A stretch of DNA of 64,000 bases from assembly GCA_009692265.1 (NCBI GenBank), contig SHZM01000006.1:3080-67079 (forward strand), read 5' to 3'. Shown here in pieces: positions 21,233 through 30,719 of the stretch. The notes beneath the pieces were generated by a model. The model was given only the letters and a program-made list of their open reading frames with translations. It did no database searches and was not told the DNA's origin. Numbering within the stretch: the first letter of the stretch is position 1; each line of letters opens with the position of its first letter. The DNA comes from Gammaproteobacteria bacterium (GTDB taxonomy: Bacteria > Pseudomonadota > Gammaproteobacteria > Ga0077536). Both the position numbers and the translations under genes were made by a program.

Positions 21233-21633
21233 GGTATCGCCCCACAGCACGTTATCGCGAAGCCCGTTTTCCACACTTACCCGACCGGCGTCGGTCGTCA
21301 ACAGCGGACGCCTTCATTCTTAGGCGGTGAGTCGTAGCACCTGGCGCGCTCGTAGCCAAGATCCTCGGCAATCTGGGCGTATTCCGGGGTCTTGAGTGGC
21401 GTCGCGAGAGCACGCGCAAGTTTGAGCGCCATAGGTCAAATCCCGAATAGGGTCAACGTAGAACAACTGTCGCGTGCAGGGACTCCAACAGCGCCCGTCA
21501 GGTCGGACATCGCTGCGTGATCGTCTCTGGGGCCCACAGCCCAGGGCCGATGCGCCGATTTCGCGTGCAGATCCGTGCGCAGCCCGAATTCAGTAAACTG
21601 TTCTTCGAATTCATCTCCGCGGGTGGTTGTTTC

Positions 21634-22869
21634 ATGTCGAGCATCGCTTTTGACTTCCCGGCCGAAATAGTCGCAATGCGCGACGCTATTCAAGTGTTCG
21701 TCAAGCGCGAGGTACTCGCACGGCACCGACGCCACGCGACACTCCTTGACGATCCGCGACGCCGCTATGCAGCGGATGGTCGCTATAGCGATGAGGTGCA
21801 CGCCATCATCCGCGACGTGCGAATGGCATCGTCGAATGCGGGTTTCTTCAATATGTGTGTGCCCACCGCGATCGGTGGGAGCGGATTAGGACACCTGGCC
21901 TACTTTGTGGCCTGGCAAGCGATTTACCACACGTGCGGCGCCCAACACTTTTTAGCACCCTATACCATCGGGCACTGGGCGTTTGCGGCGAGTCCGGTCC
22001 TGGAACATGTAACCGACGCAGTGCGTCAACGGATTTTGCCGGGCCTTCTGAGCGGTGAGAAATCGATGTGCTTCGGTTTGTCCGAGCCTAGCGCGGGCTC
22101 CGATGCCAGCATGATCAAAACCCGCGCCGTCGCCGACGGCGCGGGCTTTAGGATCACCGGCCGGAAACTGTGGACGAGCAATTCACCGCACGCAGACTAC
22201 TGCGTGGTATTTGCAGTTACGGATGCGGAGGCCGCGGCTGCGCATCGCGGTGGAATTTCCGCGTTCCTGGTACCGACGAACGCGCCGGGCTTTACGCTCG
22301 AGAGCGTGGTACGTTTATTCGGGCACGTGGGCGGTGATGAAGGCGCATTGGTATTGGACAATGTCCGCGTCGAGCGCGAACAACTGATCGGAAGTTTGCA
22401 TCAAGGCTTCGCTACCGCTCTCCTTGGGGTGTCGCTCGGTCGGGTCTACAACGCGGCGCGCGCAGTCGGACTCGGCCGCTGGGCGATCGAACTCGCGCTG
22501 ACTTATGCCCAGCAACGCGAAGCGTTTGGTCACGCCATTGCCGACTATCAAGGCATCACCTTTCCGCTGGCCGAATCGGCGACCCAGCTCCACGCTGCGC
22601 ACTTAATGGGCATTAACGCCGCGCTGCTGCTCGACCGCGGCGAGCGGGCGATAAAGGAGCTCTCAATGGCGAAAAGTTATGCGGTGGAAGTGGGCCTGCA
22701 AGCCGTGGATCGCGCCATCCAAACCCACGGTGGCATGGGGCTCACCAACGAAGTGGGATTGGCCGAAATCTGGCAAATTTTACGGATTATCAATATCGCA
22801 GATGGCACTAACGAAATTTTGCGCCGAACCATCTTGCAACGGCTGTTGAAGGGCGATACGGATCTTTAG
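21634..22869 (+). CDS. Acyl-CoA dehydrogenase family protein
   Basis: ACAD-like layout ('…KLWTSNSPHADYCVVFAVT…', C-terminal 'QTHGGMGLTNEVGLAEIWQ'). Likely start is the internal ATG at 21634 (MSSIAFDFPAEIVAM…). Confidence 0.85.
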   Translation: MSSIAFDFPAEIVAMRDAIQVFVKREVLARHRRHATLLDDPRRRYAADGRYSDEVHAIIRDVRMASSNAGFFNMCVPTAIGGSGLGHLAYFVAWQAIYHTCGAQHFLAPYTIGHWAFAASPVLEHVTDAVRQRILPGLLSGEKSMCFGLSEPSAGSDASMIKTRAVADGAGFRITGRKLWTSNSPHADYCVVFAVTDAEAAAAHRGGISAFLVPTNAPGFTLESVVRLFGHVGGDEGALVLDNVRVEREQLIGSLHQGFATALLGVSLGRVYNAARAVGLGRWAIELALTYAQQREAFGHAIADYQGITFPLAESATQLHAAHLMGINAALLLDRGERAIKELSMAKSYAVEVGLQAVDRAIQTHGGMGLTNEVGLAEIWQILRIINIADGTNEILRRTILQRLLKGDTDL

Positions 22870-23282
22870 CCCGAGCGTGCCGGTACGCGATCGAGAACAA
22901 CACTGCAAAGCTTAGGAAATTTAACGGCCCTTCGCCGACCCTGTCCCGCGGAATCGAACGTCGAGTGCAGGAAAATGGAAGGCTCGTGAAGGACCGGTCG
23001 GCGGTGGGAAGTAGCTGTTTCGCTCAGAATGGCGCGAGCCCGTTCCCCCAGGGGAGTGCTTGACCTCGAGATATCGCGCGTTTGGATCGACTGGCGCGCA
23101 CGACCCCTTGCCGGGGTCAGGCCAGCTTCGCGTCCCTGCGTGAGAAAGGGGCAGTGCCTTCAGCGCGATGTTCGCGATCCAGCACCGAAAATATTCACTC
23201 GTGGTGCCGGTAAAGGGAAACGGACAGACCGTCGTCGGCGCGGTGTCAGGGGCAGCGGCGATATCATCCACAGTCGAATCCG

Positions 23283-23804
23283 CTAGCGATTATCGGCGCG
23301 GACCCTCTGCCATACCACGTGAGGTGTGACCTGCGTGCCGTGCGCCGGAAAGGCCTTGCTCGTTAATGTCAGCGTATCGCCCGCGAGTTCGTAGAACCGT
23401 ACCTGATCGCCGCCGAGCCAGTTCGGGAACAGGCTCGCGGTGACATGGTGGGTCAGCGTATGTGCGGCCGTATCGATTGCGAAGCTGCCGTAGTACGCGA
23501 TGTAACTATTGTAGGCAGCGATTTTCTCCTCGGGAGTGCCGCTATAGAGTTCCGCGGTTTTAAACTTCGCGCGTTCGCCGTGCATGATCTGGGCGGACAT
23601 CAAGCCATCCGCGGTATAGGTGAGGCGCCCCACCGGATGTTCACCGAAGGGTTGCTGGACACTGCCATCCGCACCGAGATTCTCCAGACTAACCAAATCC
23701 CAGCTGCCGATCACGGTCGTTGCGCCCACGGTCTCGACGTCAGCCGCGATTGCGAGTGACCAAATCAAGAAGAGTACTAATATGGAGCTTAGTCGGTATG
23801 TCAT
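23283..23804 (-). CDS. Lipocalin-like domain protein with N-terminal signal peptide
   Basis: The signal peptide is 'MTYRLSSILVLFLIWSLAIAA'. The body 'TVIGSWDLVSLENLGADGS…GRLTYTADGLMSAQI' resembles Lipocalin_5/DUF lipocalin-like. Confidence 0.55.
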   Translation of the reverse strand: MTYRLSSILVLFLIWSLAIAADVETVGATTVIGSWDLVSLENLGADGSVQQPFGEHPVGRLTYTADGLMSAQIMHGERAKFKTAELYSGTPEEKIAAYNSYIAYYGSFAIDTAAHTLTHHVTASLFPNWLGGDQVRFYELAGDTLTLTSKAFPAHGTQVTPHVVWQRVRADNR

Positions 23805-23897
23805 GTGAACTCCCTTAGGGTTGAAGTGACGATAATCCATAAAATTCATCGTGTCGTGACTCATCGGCAATTCCGCTGCTAGTTGATCCTTTGCGGA

Positions 23898-24671
23898 TTA
23901 TCGCTCGAGCAATATGGCCACCTGCTGCGTACTGTACCCAAGGTACCGGTAACGAAGGCCCTCGCGCTCGATGAATTCTTGAAAAGCCCGATACTCGTGA
24001 GCGCGCCAATTCGTGTAGTTAAAGTATTCGTCGAACACCAATACGGCGCCTGGCGCAAGCCGTTGGCCCAGATGGTCAAAAATCACTTTGGTTGACGAGT
24101 AGAGATCACAATCGATGTGGATGAACGCAATTTTCTCATGGTGATTACCGCTCCAAACGGGCAGCGACTCGGCGTAGAGCCCCACGACCAACGACACATT
24201 GTCCGGCATGGTCGGTTGCTGACCATCGCGATCGAAGACCCCTTTGGGCGCGTTCCAGCCCGCCCAATCCTCAGGATTCCCGCGAAAACTGTCGAAGCCG
24301 TAAAACTGACGCTGCGGCAAACGGGTCGCGAAATAGGACAGTGATTTACCTCGGTCGACGCCAAACTCAAGCAGAATTCCCTGGTCCGGAACATAACGCA
24401 GGGCCAAGTCCCAGAGCTTTTGACGGGTACGCAAACCTAAGGCGTCGATGGCATTGGCTTGGATGTAATTGACGGTATCGTCCAACGCACGGAGCCGCAG
24501 CGCCTGCCCCGGATCGCAGTACAGGTCGAATAAACGGCGGCCCACACTAGTGATGGCGCGGTTGATCATCGCCTTAAACATCCCAGCTCCTACTGCTCGG
24601 CAATAAGCCGTGATTCTCGCTGCCAAGGCAAAGGCGACACAAGCGCTCATCGGGCTGCTACGGCGAATCAT
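23898..24671 (-). CDS. TylF/MycF-family class I SAM-dependent O-methyltransferase (macrocin-O-methyltransferase-like)
   Basis: 'LLEFGVDRGKSLSYFA…FYGFDSFRGNPE…IAFIHIDCDLYSSTKVIFDHL…GAVLVFDEY' is characteristic of TylF/MycF. Confidence 0.8.
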   Translation of the reverse strand: MIRRSSPMSACVAFALAARITAYCRAVGAGMFKAMINRAITSVGRRLFDLYCDPGQALRLRALDDTVNYIQANAIDALGLRTRQKLWDLALRYVPDQGILLEFGVDRGKSLSYFATRLPQRQFYGFDSFRGNPEDWAGWNAPKGVFDRDGQQPTMPDNVSLVVGLYAESLPVWSGNHHEKIAFIHIDCDLYSSTKVIFDHLGQRLAPGAVLVFDEYFNYTNWRAHEYRAFQEFIEREGLRYRYLGYSTQQVAILLER

Positions 24672-24699
24672 TTTTCTTCTTCATGGCGCCCTTCGGGGA

Positions 24700-25110
24700 C
24701 GGAAGTCCACCGTGATTACCCCTTCGCGCTCGCCGAGGTCCCGGGTTTCGATCCGTATTGAATTGTCAGCCGATACGCCGACGTCGCGGTCTTCAGTACC
24801 GGGCGAGAGAATTTCGATAACACGATCGGGCGGCCCTTCAATGCTGTGAAGTTTGATGATGTCGTAGTTTCTTTAGGCGATAAGCACGAGATCAGGTTGG
24901 ACTACTTCTCGCATATCACCCTGCCCGAAGATGACATCTACCGGCGAATCCAGGATTTTCCCGAGCCGGTGGGCCTTGACGAGTGCCATGCGCGAGATGA
25001 TGGGGTGGGGTTCGCTCTGCTGTCCCCGACCTTGTGCTACGCGCGCTGGTTGATTCGACAAATATTCCTGGAACCCTACTGCACAGGTAGACTTGCGGCT
25101 ACGCTTTGGT
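24700..25110 (-). pseudogene. Uma2-family (DUF820, PD-(D/E)xK) endonuclease with in-frame TAA
   Basis: The minus strand reads '…AHRLGKILDSPVDVIFGQGDMREVVQPDLVLIA*RNYDIIKLHSIEGPPDRVIEILSPGTEDRD…'. The conserved PDxxIEIxSP motif continues in frame after a TAA at ~24870-24872. Start is uncertain. Confidence 0.5.
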
Positions 25111-25229
25111 GCATCCAGACTATTAGACGCGACGCCACCCGCCACGGTCGTGGCGTCACGTTGCGGGAAGCAAGCGTGTTTTTCACCGGCGCGTAAGATC
25201 CACATGCCGCGCACAACGAGGGGGCCATT

Positions 25230-26087
25230 ATGTCTGCCGTCGTATCGATACCCGAGTCGCGCCGATTGATCGTCGGCAGCCGCAACTACAACCCAATCCA
25301 ATGGACACCCTTCGGTTGGGATGATCCGCTGCACGGTGCACAGACCAAGGGCGAAGTAGCAGTGATTCGGCCGCAGGGCACCTCCGGCAACTTGGCCGCC
25401 GGGCTGTGGCGCACCGGGCATCACATCGCCGGCTGCGAGGCCGACGGATCGTGTCACATCGATTACTCCGCTCCGCTCGGCGACGAGACGATGGTGATAC
25501 TCGAAGGCAATGTGTGCATCACCGAGACCGCCAGTGGCCGCACGCATCGCGTCGGTGCCGGCACTATCTTGAGCCACCCCAAGCATGTTGACTTGCACTG
25601 GGACATCGAGGGACCGTTCCTCAAAAAATTCTGGGTGATCTGGGACAGCCCGCAGCCGGCGACGGCCGAGGATCGCCTGTATGTCGCTAATATCAGCGAC
25701 GAGCCCGCGGTGTGGGCACCCTTTGAATGGCGCGAACCCGGGCGCGGCGCTCAAGTGTGCGGCGAGATCCACACCATCCGGCGCACTGGTTCCACCGGCA
25801 CCTATATGTGCGGTCTGTGGCGCACCGGCATCGGCATCGCTGGTTGCGCAGCTGATGGTTCCGCCACCACGCGCTATAGCGCGCCGCTCGGCGACGAAAC
25901 CAGTTTGATACTCGAAGGCCGCGCCCACGTCGTAAACGAGGAAAGCGGCGAAGCCTTTGACGTGCAGGCCGGCGACGTCGTGTGCTTTCCGTCAGGGGTG
26001 CCGGTGCGCTGGACGTCGAAATCGCGTTATCTAAAAAAATTCTGGGTAATCACTCGTGAGGCCGCACCCGGCTCGAAGATCGCGTAA
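25230..26087 (+). CDS. Tandem-cupin (bicupin) domain protein
   Basis: There is an internal duplication of ~140 aa: 'W.PF.W..P..GAQ..GE…IRR.G…GLWRTG..IAGC.ADGS…YSAPLGDET..ILEG' occurs twice. Beta-barrel cupin-like. Confidence 0.7.
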   Translation: MSAVVSIPESRRLIVGSRNYNPIQWTPFGWDDPLHGAQTKGEVAVIRPQGTSGNLAAGLWRTGHHIAGCEADGSCHIDYSAPLGDETMVILEGNVCITETASGRTHRVGAGTILSHPKHVDLHWDIEGPFLKKFWVIWDSPQPATAEDRLYVANISDEPAVWAPFEWREPGRGAQVCGEIHTIRRTGSTGTYMCGLWRTGIGIAGCAADGSATTRYSAPLGDETSLILEGRAHVVNEESGEAFDVQAGDVVCFPSGVPVRWTSKSRYLKKFWVITREAAPGSKIA

Positions 26088-26430
26088 CGGTTCTTTCCGC
26101 CACCAATTTCTTATCTCTCCCTTCGGACTCAAATCGGACACGCTTTTGTCGCGTCATTGTCATCCGTTTGAAATGTGCCCACGTTAGTCACGCAACGTCA
26201 CGTAGATTCGGGGGAATACCGTGCTTAAGTGCACATCCAGAAAACTTCGGTAATATTTCACGAAACGCTGTTCACAGCCTTTCACATTGGAGCGGACTCC
26301 CGTCACAATTCGACACAAGGTACGCGGAGGCCTATTACCCGACCCGCAGGAAAGCGGCCGGCACAAACTACCACCACGCGAAAGCGTGATGGCAGAGCGA
26401 TCCAAAGAGCTCTCAGAAAGGATTCAGACT

Positions 26431-26973
26431 ATGAAAAAGGCAACCAAACTCATCGGAATGGCAGTTGGTGCGACGATGCTTGGCACTAGCGGGCTCGCAA
26501 ACGCAACAACGGTTGATCTCGGAGCGGCCGGATTGGGTGTACCGCTAGCGTTTAGCGGCTTCGCACCAATTGGCGCTTTCATCGACACTTTCAAGTTTTT
26601 ACTTCCTCCGAATGGTGGCTCTGGTTACAGCGTAGTTAATTTTCCGCTGACCATTCCACTCGGCACATTCAATGCAATTTTCTCCACGTTATCGCTGTTC
26701 TCCAATCCGGACGGCATTGAGTTTAACGGCGACGACGCGCTTCTTGTATCCAACTCAACGGGCGGCTCGTCAATGTTCCTGACGTTACCGGCGGCTGCAG
26801 GAGGCAACATGTATCTCACTGTAGCTGGCATCACCAACGGGACTGCCGGAGGTTTGTACTCTGGAGCGATCAGCACGACAGCAGCGTTGGTGCCGCTACC
26901 GCCAGCCGCGTGGATGCTGGGTTCGGCGCTAGTAGGCTTGGTGACGGTCGGTCGCCGCAAACTGGGCGTCTAA
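26431..26973 (+). CDS. Secreted protein with C-terminal VPLPA-CTERM/PEP-CTERM-type sorting signal
   Basis: The signal peptide is 'MKKATKLIGMAVGATMLGTSGLANA'. The C-terminus 'VPLPPAAWMLGSALVGLVTVGRRKLGV' has the motif-TM-RRK architecture of exosortase substrates. Confidence 0.7.
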   Translation: MKKATKLIGMAVGATMLGTSGLANATTVDLGAAGLGVPLAFSGFAPIGAFIDTFKFLLPPNGGSGYSVVNFPLTIPLGTFNAIFSTLSLFSNPDGIEFNGDDALLVSNSTGGSSMFLTLPAAAGGNMYLTVAGITNGTAGGLYSGAISTTAALVPLPPAAWMLGSALVGLVTVGRRKLGV

Positions 26974-27227
26974 AGAAACCTGGTCTTCATTTCTGCCGTA
27001 ATGCCAGGGCTAGTCCCCGGCGTCCCCACTCATTGATCGTGAAGATCGGCCTGGCTGATCATTCGCGTTGGTGCCCAACCCTATGTCCGTCATCCGGGGC
27101 TAAGGCCGCGGATTTTTTCAAGCACTTTCCTTCGACGTCCACGCTGGCGAGACCTTTGCCATCGTGGACCGTAGTGGTTGCGTGCTAAATGGGGACGTAG
27201 GGATCAATTTTTCGCCAATGATCTGTT

Positions 27228-27545
27228 CCGCGTGCAGCAGCGATAATTCGTCAGCTTCGAAGTTTTGTGGTAAGCGCGGAAAGTCGTTCGCGCAGCGTTG
27301 TCCATCCTGTGGAGCCTAGATCCTTGCAGGCAGTAAATTCTGTAACCACAGCGGGAATCGAACCGCCGCAGGGACAGCTGTAGTCGCGCCATCAATCGAA
27401 CACACGGCCACGCGTGCGCCCCGTGCCTACACCCCCAAACACCTCGTCGACAAAATCCTGCAATCCAAATCCGCGCTCGAAGGCGAACACAAGCAAGTCA
27501 CCGTGCTGTTTGCTGACGTGAAGGGCACGTTAGAATTCGCGGAAT
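27228..27545 (+). pseudogene. N-terminal fragments of a zinc-ribbon adenylate/guanylate-cyclase-type signalling protein
   Basis: 'MICSACSSDNSSASKFCGKRGKSFAQRCPSCGA*' is a zinc ribbon. A later fragment in another frame is '…YTPKHLVDKILQSKSALEGEHKQVTVLFADVKGTLEFAE*'. Only ~100 aa remain. Confidence 0.45.
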
Positions 27546-27582
27546 AACTCGATCCCGAAGCCTGGCATCACAAATCCCCGAA

Positions 27583-27825
27583 ATGTCAAAAAGCGATTTC
27601 GCCTCGCGTCTCACTCGCGATGGTTACGGAGAATTTTCTACAGGCCAATACGAACCGCATCACGCGCAAGCGGACCACACTCATGATTTTGATCTTCAGG
27701 TACTGATCACGGCAGGCGAGATTACCGTTACTTCTCTGGGCGTGGAGAAAACTTATCGCACCGGAGACGCCGTTGAGGTCCGCACCGGCCAAGTCCACCG
27801 CGAGGCGGTGGGGCCACACGGGTAA
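27583..27825 (+). CDS. Small cupin-domain protein
   Basis: 80 aa. 'HTHDFDLQVLITAGEITVT…GDAVEV…GQVHRE' resembles a single cupin barrel. Confidence 0.45.
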   Translation: MSKSDFASRLTRDGYGEFSTGQYEPHHAQADHTHDFDLQVLITAGEITVTSLGVEKTYRTGDAVEVRTGQVHREAVGPHG

Positions 27826-28382
27826 GTTATGCGTTGGGGATAAGACGCACGGCATAGACACCGTGAGTGCGCACGATGCGTCGCGCAATTAATGCCGTGC
27901 CGCCCGCCGCGCGGGCTCAGTCATAAACCCTCATACCCTTTATCAGCCGACTCCCGAATCCGCGCAAAATACGCCGGTCCGCCTAAATGCGCCGCGAACG
28001 GGCGATGCTTGCCGGGAATATTACTGCCGGTGTGCCAAGATTCGGTTTGCGGAAAGAGCGATTGCGCAGCGGCCGCTTCTTGAGACCAGATGCGATCAAC
28101 ACTCGGTGCCGGTTCAATCGCGCCGATACCGTGCTTGCCTAGAGTATAGGGAGAATAGCCGGCCTCTGCGGCAGAATCGAGTCTGCGATTGGCGCCGCCG
28201 AAGTGTAGGCAGCACGCCCGGTTTCCAGTTTACTTGCAGACCAAAACTACCTAGCGAATTCAGGAGAACAGCATGGCTAAAGTCGCGGCGTGTCACGACA
28301 GCGCAGGCTATCAGGCGGCGCTCAAGGCGTTGGGGAACGGTGTAACCCGCGATCTCCCGATCGTTGAAGGTGCGTAGGCCAC

Positions 28383-28949
28383 GTGCGAACCACTATTCGT
28401 CCCTATCGCGAACACTGGCCGCAACTTGGCGAGCGGGTCTATGTCGATGCGGCCGCCGTCGTGATCGGCGATGTAGTACTCGGTGCGGATAGCTCGGTTT
28501 GGCCTTGTGCGGTCATTCGGGGTGACGTCGCCTCCATCCGAATCGGCGCGCGCTCCAGCGTGCAAGATGGCGCGGTCTTGCACGTAACACACGACGGACC
28601 TTTCACGCCGGGCGGGCGGGGACTCGTGATTGGCGACGACGTGACGATCGGCCACGGCGCAGTACTGCACGCCTGCATAGTGGGTACGGCGTGCTTGATC
28701 GGTATGAACGCCACGATCCTCGATGGCGTTGTGATCGAAGACGAAGTGATGGTAGCCGCCGGCGCGCTGGTGCCACCAGGCAAGCGTCTACCCACCGGTA
28801 CGCTGTGGGCGGGTAACCCGGCACGCCTGGTTCGGGCGCTGGCCGCCGAGCAGTGCGCCTACCTGCATTACAGCGCGAAGCACTATGTGAAGATCAAGGA
28901 CGAATACCTCACCGCTGCAGCGCCCACGCAGGAACAGGGTCGTGGTTGA
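28383..28949 (+). CDS. Gamma carbonic anhydrase family protein (left-handed beta-helix, YrdA/PaaY-like)
   Basis: Hexapeptide-repeat protein with 'VYVDAAAVVIGDVVLGADSSVWPCAVIRGDVASIRIGARSSVQDGAVLHV'. GTG start. Confidence 0.85.
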   Translation: MRTTIRPYREHWPQLGERVYVDAAAVVIGDVVLGADSSVWPCAVIRGDVASIRIGARSSVQDGAVLHVTHDGPFTPGGRGLVIGDDVTIGHGAVLHACIVGTACLIGMNATILDGVVIEDEVMVAAGALVPPGKRLPTGTLWAGNPARLVRALAAEQCAYLHYSAKHYVKIKDEYLTAAAPTQEQGRG

Positions 28950-29024
28950 GGCCAGCGCTGATCTCATGGTCACGGACCATCGCCGATCGAATTTTCACCG
29001 AGCAAGGTTGCGGAGGAGGACACA

Positions 29025-29975
29025 ATGACCATGCGCAGTATGCGCTGCTTACTCGCGGTGCCGGCAGTGCGGGAGGAATTTTTTCAGAAAGCGGCGGATA
29101 GCAGCACCGATGCGCTCTTTCTCGATCTCGAAGACAGTGTCGCGCCCGATCGCAAGATTGCAGCACGCGCGAATGCCGCACGAGCATTGCACGAAATTGC
29201 ATGGAAACGGAAACGGGTGTTGGTACGCACCAATGCGCTGGATACTGAATGGGCGTTTCGCGACATAGAACATCTCGGGGCGAACTGTCCGCGCTTGGAC
29301 GGTTTTCTCATCCCCAAGGTGGGATCGGTAGAAGAACTGCATTACGTCGAAGCGCTGCTCGGTGCGCTTAATCGCGAACGCCCACCGGATCGCGCGCTTG
29401 AGCTACACATTCTGATCGAGACGGCGCTCGGCATGGCGCGCGTCGAGGCGATTATAGAGGCTGCTAAGCGGATTGTATCGGTGTCGTTTGGGGTCGGCGA
29501 TTATTCGCTGAGCCTTGGCGGTCAAGATCGACTCGTCGGTGGTGCGAATAAGCACTACGCCATGTTGACGGATGAAAATCCCGACACCTCGCGCGAAGCC
29601 CATTGGAACGACCAGTGGCATTACGCGCTCGCGCGTGTCGTGAACGCCTGCCATGCGTTCAATGTGATGCCCCTCGATGGACCCTTCGGGAATTTTGCCG
29701 ACACCCGCGGTTTTCTCGCCGCCGCGGCGCGCGGGCGAGTCCTCGGCTACCAGGGGAAGTGGGCCATCCATCCCACCCAGATCGCGCTCGCCAATCAAGC
29801 CTACACACCGAGTGACGAAGAAGTGAGTTGGGCCCAAGCGGCGCTCAGCGCACTTGATGAGGCCGAGCGCGCAGGCAAGGGTGCGGTGGCATTGAACGGT
29901 CAATTGCTCGATGTCGCTCATCGCAAAATCGCGAATCAGATCCTCGCGCGCGCCGCATCCGTGCATGACCCCTGA
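29025..29975 (+). CDS. HpcH/HpaI aldolase / citrate-lyase beta (CitE)-like acyl-CoA lyase
   Basis: 'LLAVPAVREEFFQKAADSSTDALFLDLEDSVAPDRK…' and the overall 316 aa layout match the CitE/malyl-CoA lyase family. Confidence 0.85.
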   Translation: MTMRSMRCLLAVPAVREEFFQKAADSSTDALFLDLEDSVAPDRKIAARANAARALHEIAWKRKRVLVRTNALDTEWAFRDIEHLGANCPRLDGFLIPKVGSVEELHYVEALLGALNRERPPDRALELHILIETALGMARVEAIIEAAKRIVSVSFGVGDYSLSLGGQDRLVGGANKHYAMLTDENPDTSREAHWNDQWHYALARVVNACHAFNVMPLDGPFGNFADTRGFLAAAARGRVLGYQGKWAIHPTQIALANQAYTPSDEEVSWAQAALSALDEAERAGKGAVALNGQLLDVAHRKIANQILARAASVHDP

Positions 29976-30650
29976 CACCCGGCAGCCGCTGCAAGGCGTC
30001 TGCGCACTGGATGTCGCGACCATGCTGGCCGCGCCGTTCTGCGCCTGCGTGCTTGGTGATTTTGGCGCCGAGATGATCAAGGTCGAAATGCCTGGTACGG
30101 GCGATCCATTCCGCAAGTTCGGCACGATGACCGCGACAGGCTCAAGTTTGAATTGGTTGAACGATGATCGAAATAAAAAAATCGATCACGCCGGATTTAA
30201 GAAAACCGGATAGCGCGAAAATTTTGAAACGCTTGGTTGCCGACTGCGACATCCTGGTTGAGAACTTTCGACCAGGCACGTTGGAGCGCTGGGGCTTGGC
30301 TACGACAGCCTGAAGGCAATCAATCCCGATCTGATCATGGTGCGGATTTCGGCCTACGGCCAAGACGGACCGTATCGTGATCGCCCCGGTTTCGCACGTA
30401 TTGCGCATGCCTTTTCAGGCGTCGCTTATCTCGCCGGGGAAGCCGGTGGACCGCTGGTGGTACCTGGCTCGACGTCGCTCGCCGACTGTATTTCAGGACT
30501 GTAGGGCGCGCTCGGTTCGTTGCTTGCGTAAACGTTGCGACAACGCTTTGGGATCGGGCAGACGATCGACATCGCGCTCTACGGGTGTGATTTGAGGTAG
30601 GTTGGGGTGAGCACCCGAACCACAATATGAGCGCTAGGGGCGGAGTTAAA
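29963..30650 (+). pseudogene. CaiB/BaiF-family (class III) CoA-transferase, disrupted by multiple stops and frameshifts
   Basis: The N-terminus 'PLQGVCALDVATMLAAPFCACVLGDFGAEMIKVE.PGTGDPFR' is typical. It then reads '…[60 protein letters not shown]…' in other frames with in-frame stops. Confidence 0.65.
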
Positions 30651-30699
30651 TCCGTCCGCATAAATCAAGAAAGTTCGGGTTCGGGTACTCACCCCAACC
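30600..30699. repeat. Imperfect 22-bp inverted repeat (arms 30600-30621 and 30678-30699, 56-nt spacer) just upstream of the NtaA-like gene
   Basis: Arm 1 is 'ggttggggtgagcacccgaacc' and arm 2 is 'ggttcgggtactcaccccaacc'. They are reverse complements with 1 mismatch. Confidence 0.6.
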
Positions 30700-30719
30700 T
30701 TCGCTAAAAAGGATACTGC

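Noticed and set aside
23255-23290. tRNA-like T-loop sequence 'cacagtcgaatccgctagcg'
   Set aside because: No T-stem complementarity, acceptor stem or D/anticodon arms can be drawn. It is not a tRNA.
24873-25928. 351-aa minus-strand ORF
   Set aside because: Most of it is antisense to the bicupin gene (25230..26087), whose internal duplication and cupin motifs are convincing. Only the last ~40 codons (24873-24990) are real, as part of the Uma2 nuclease pseudogene.
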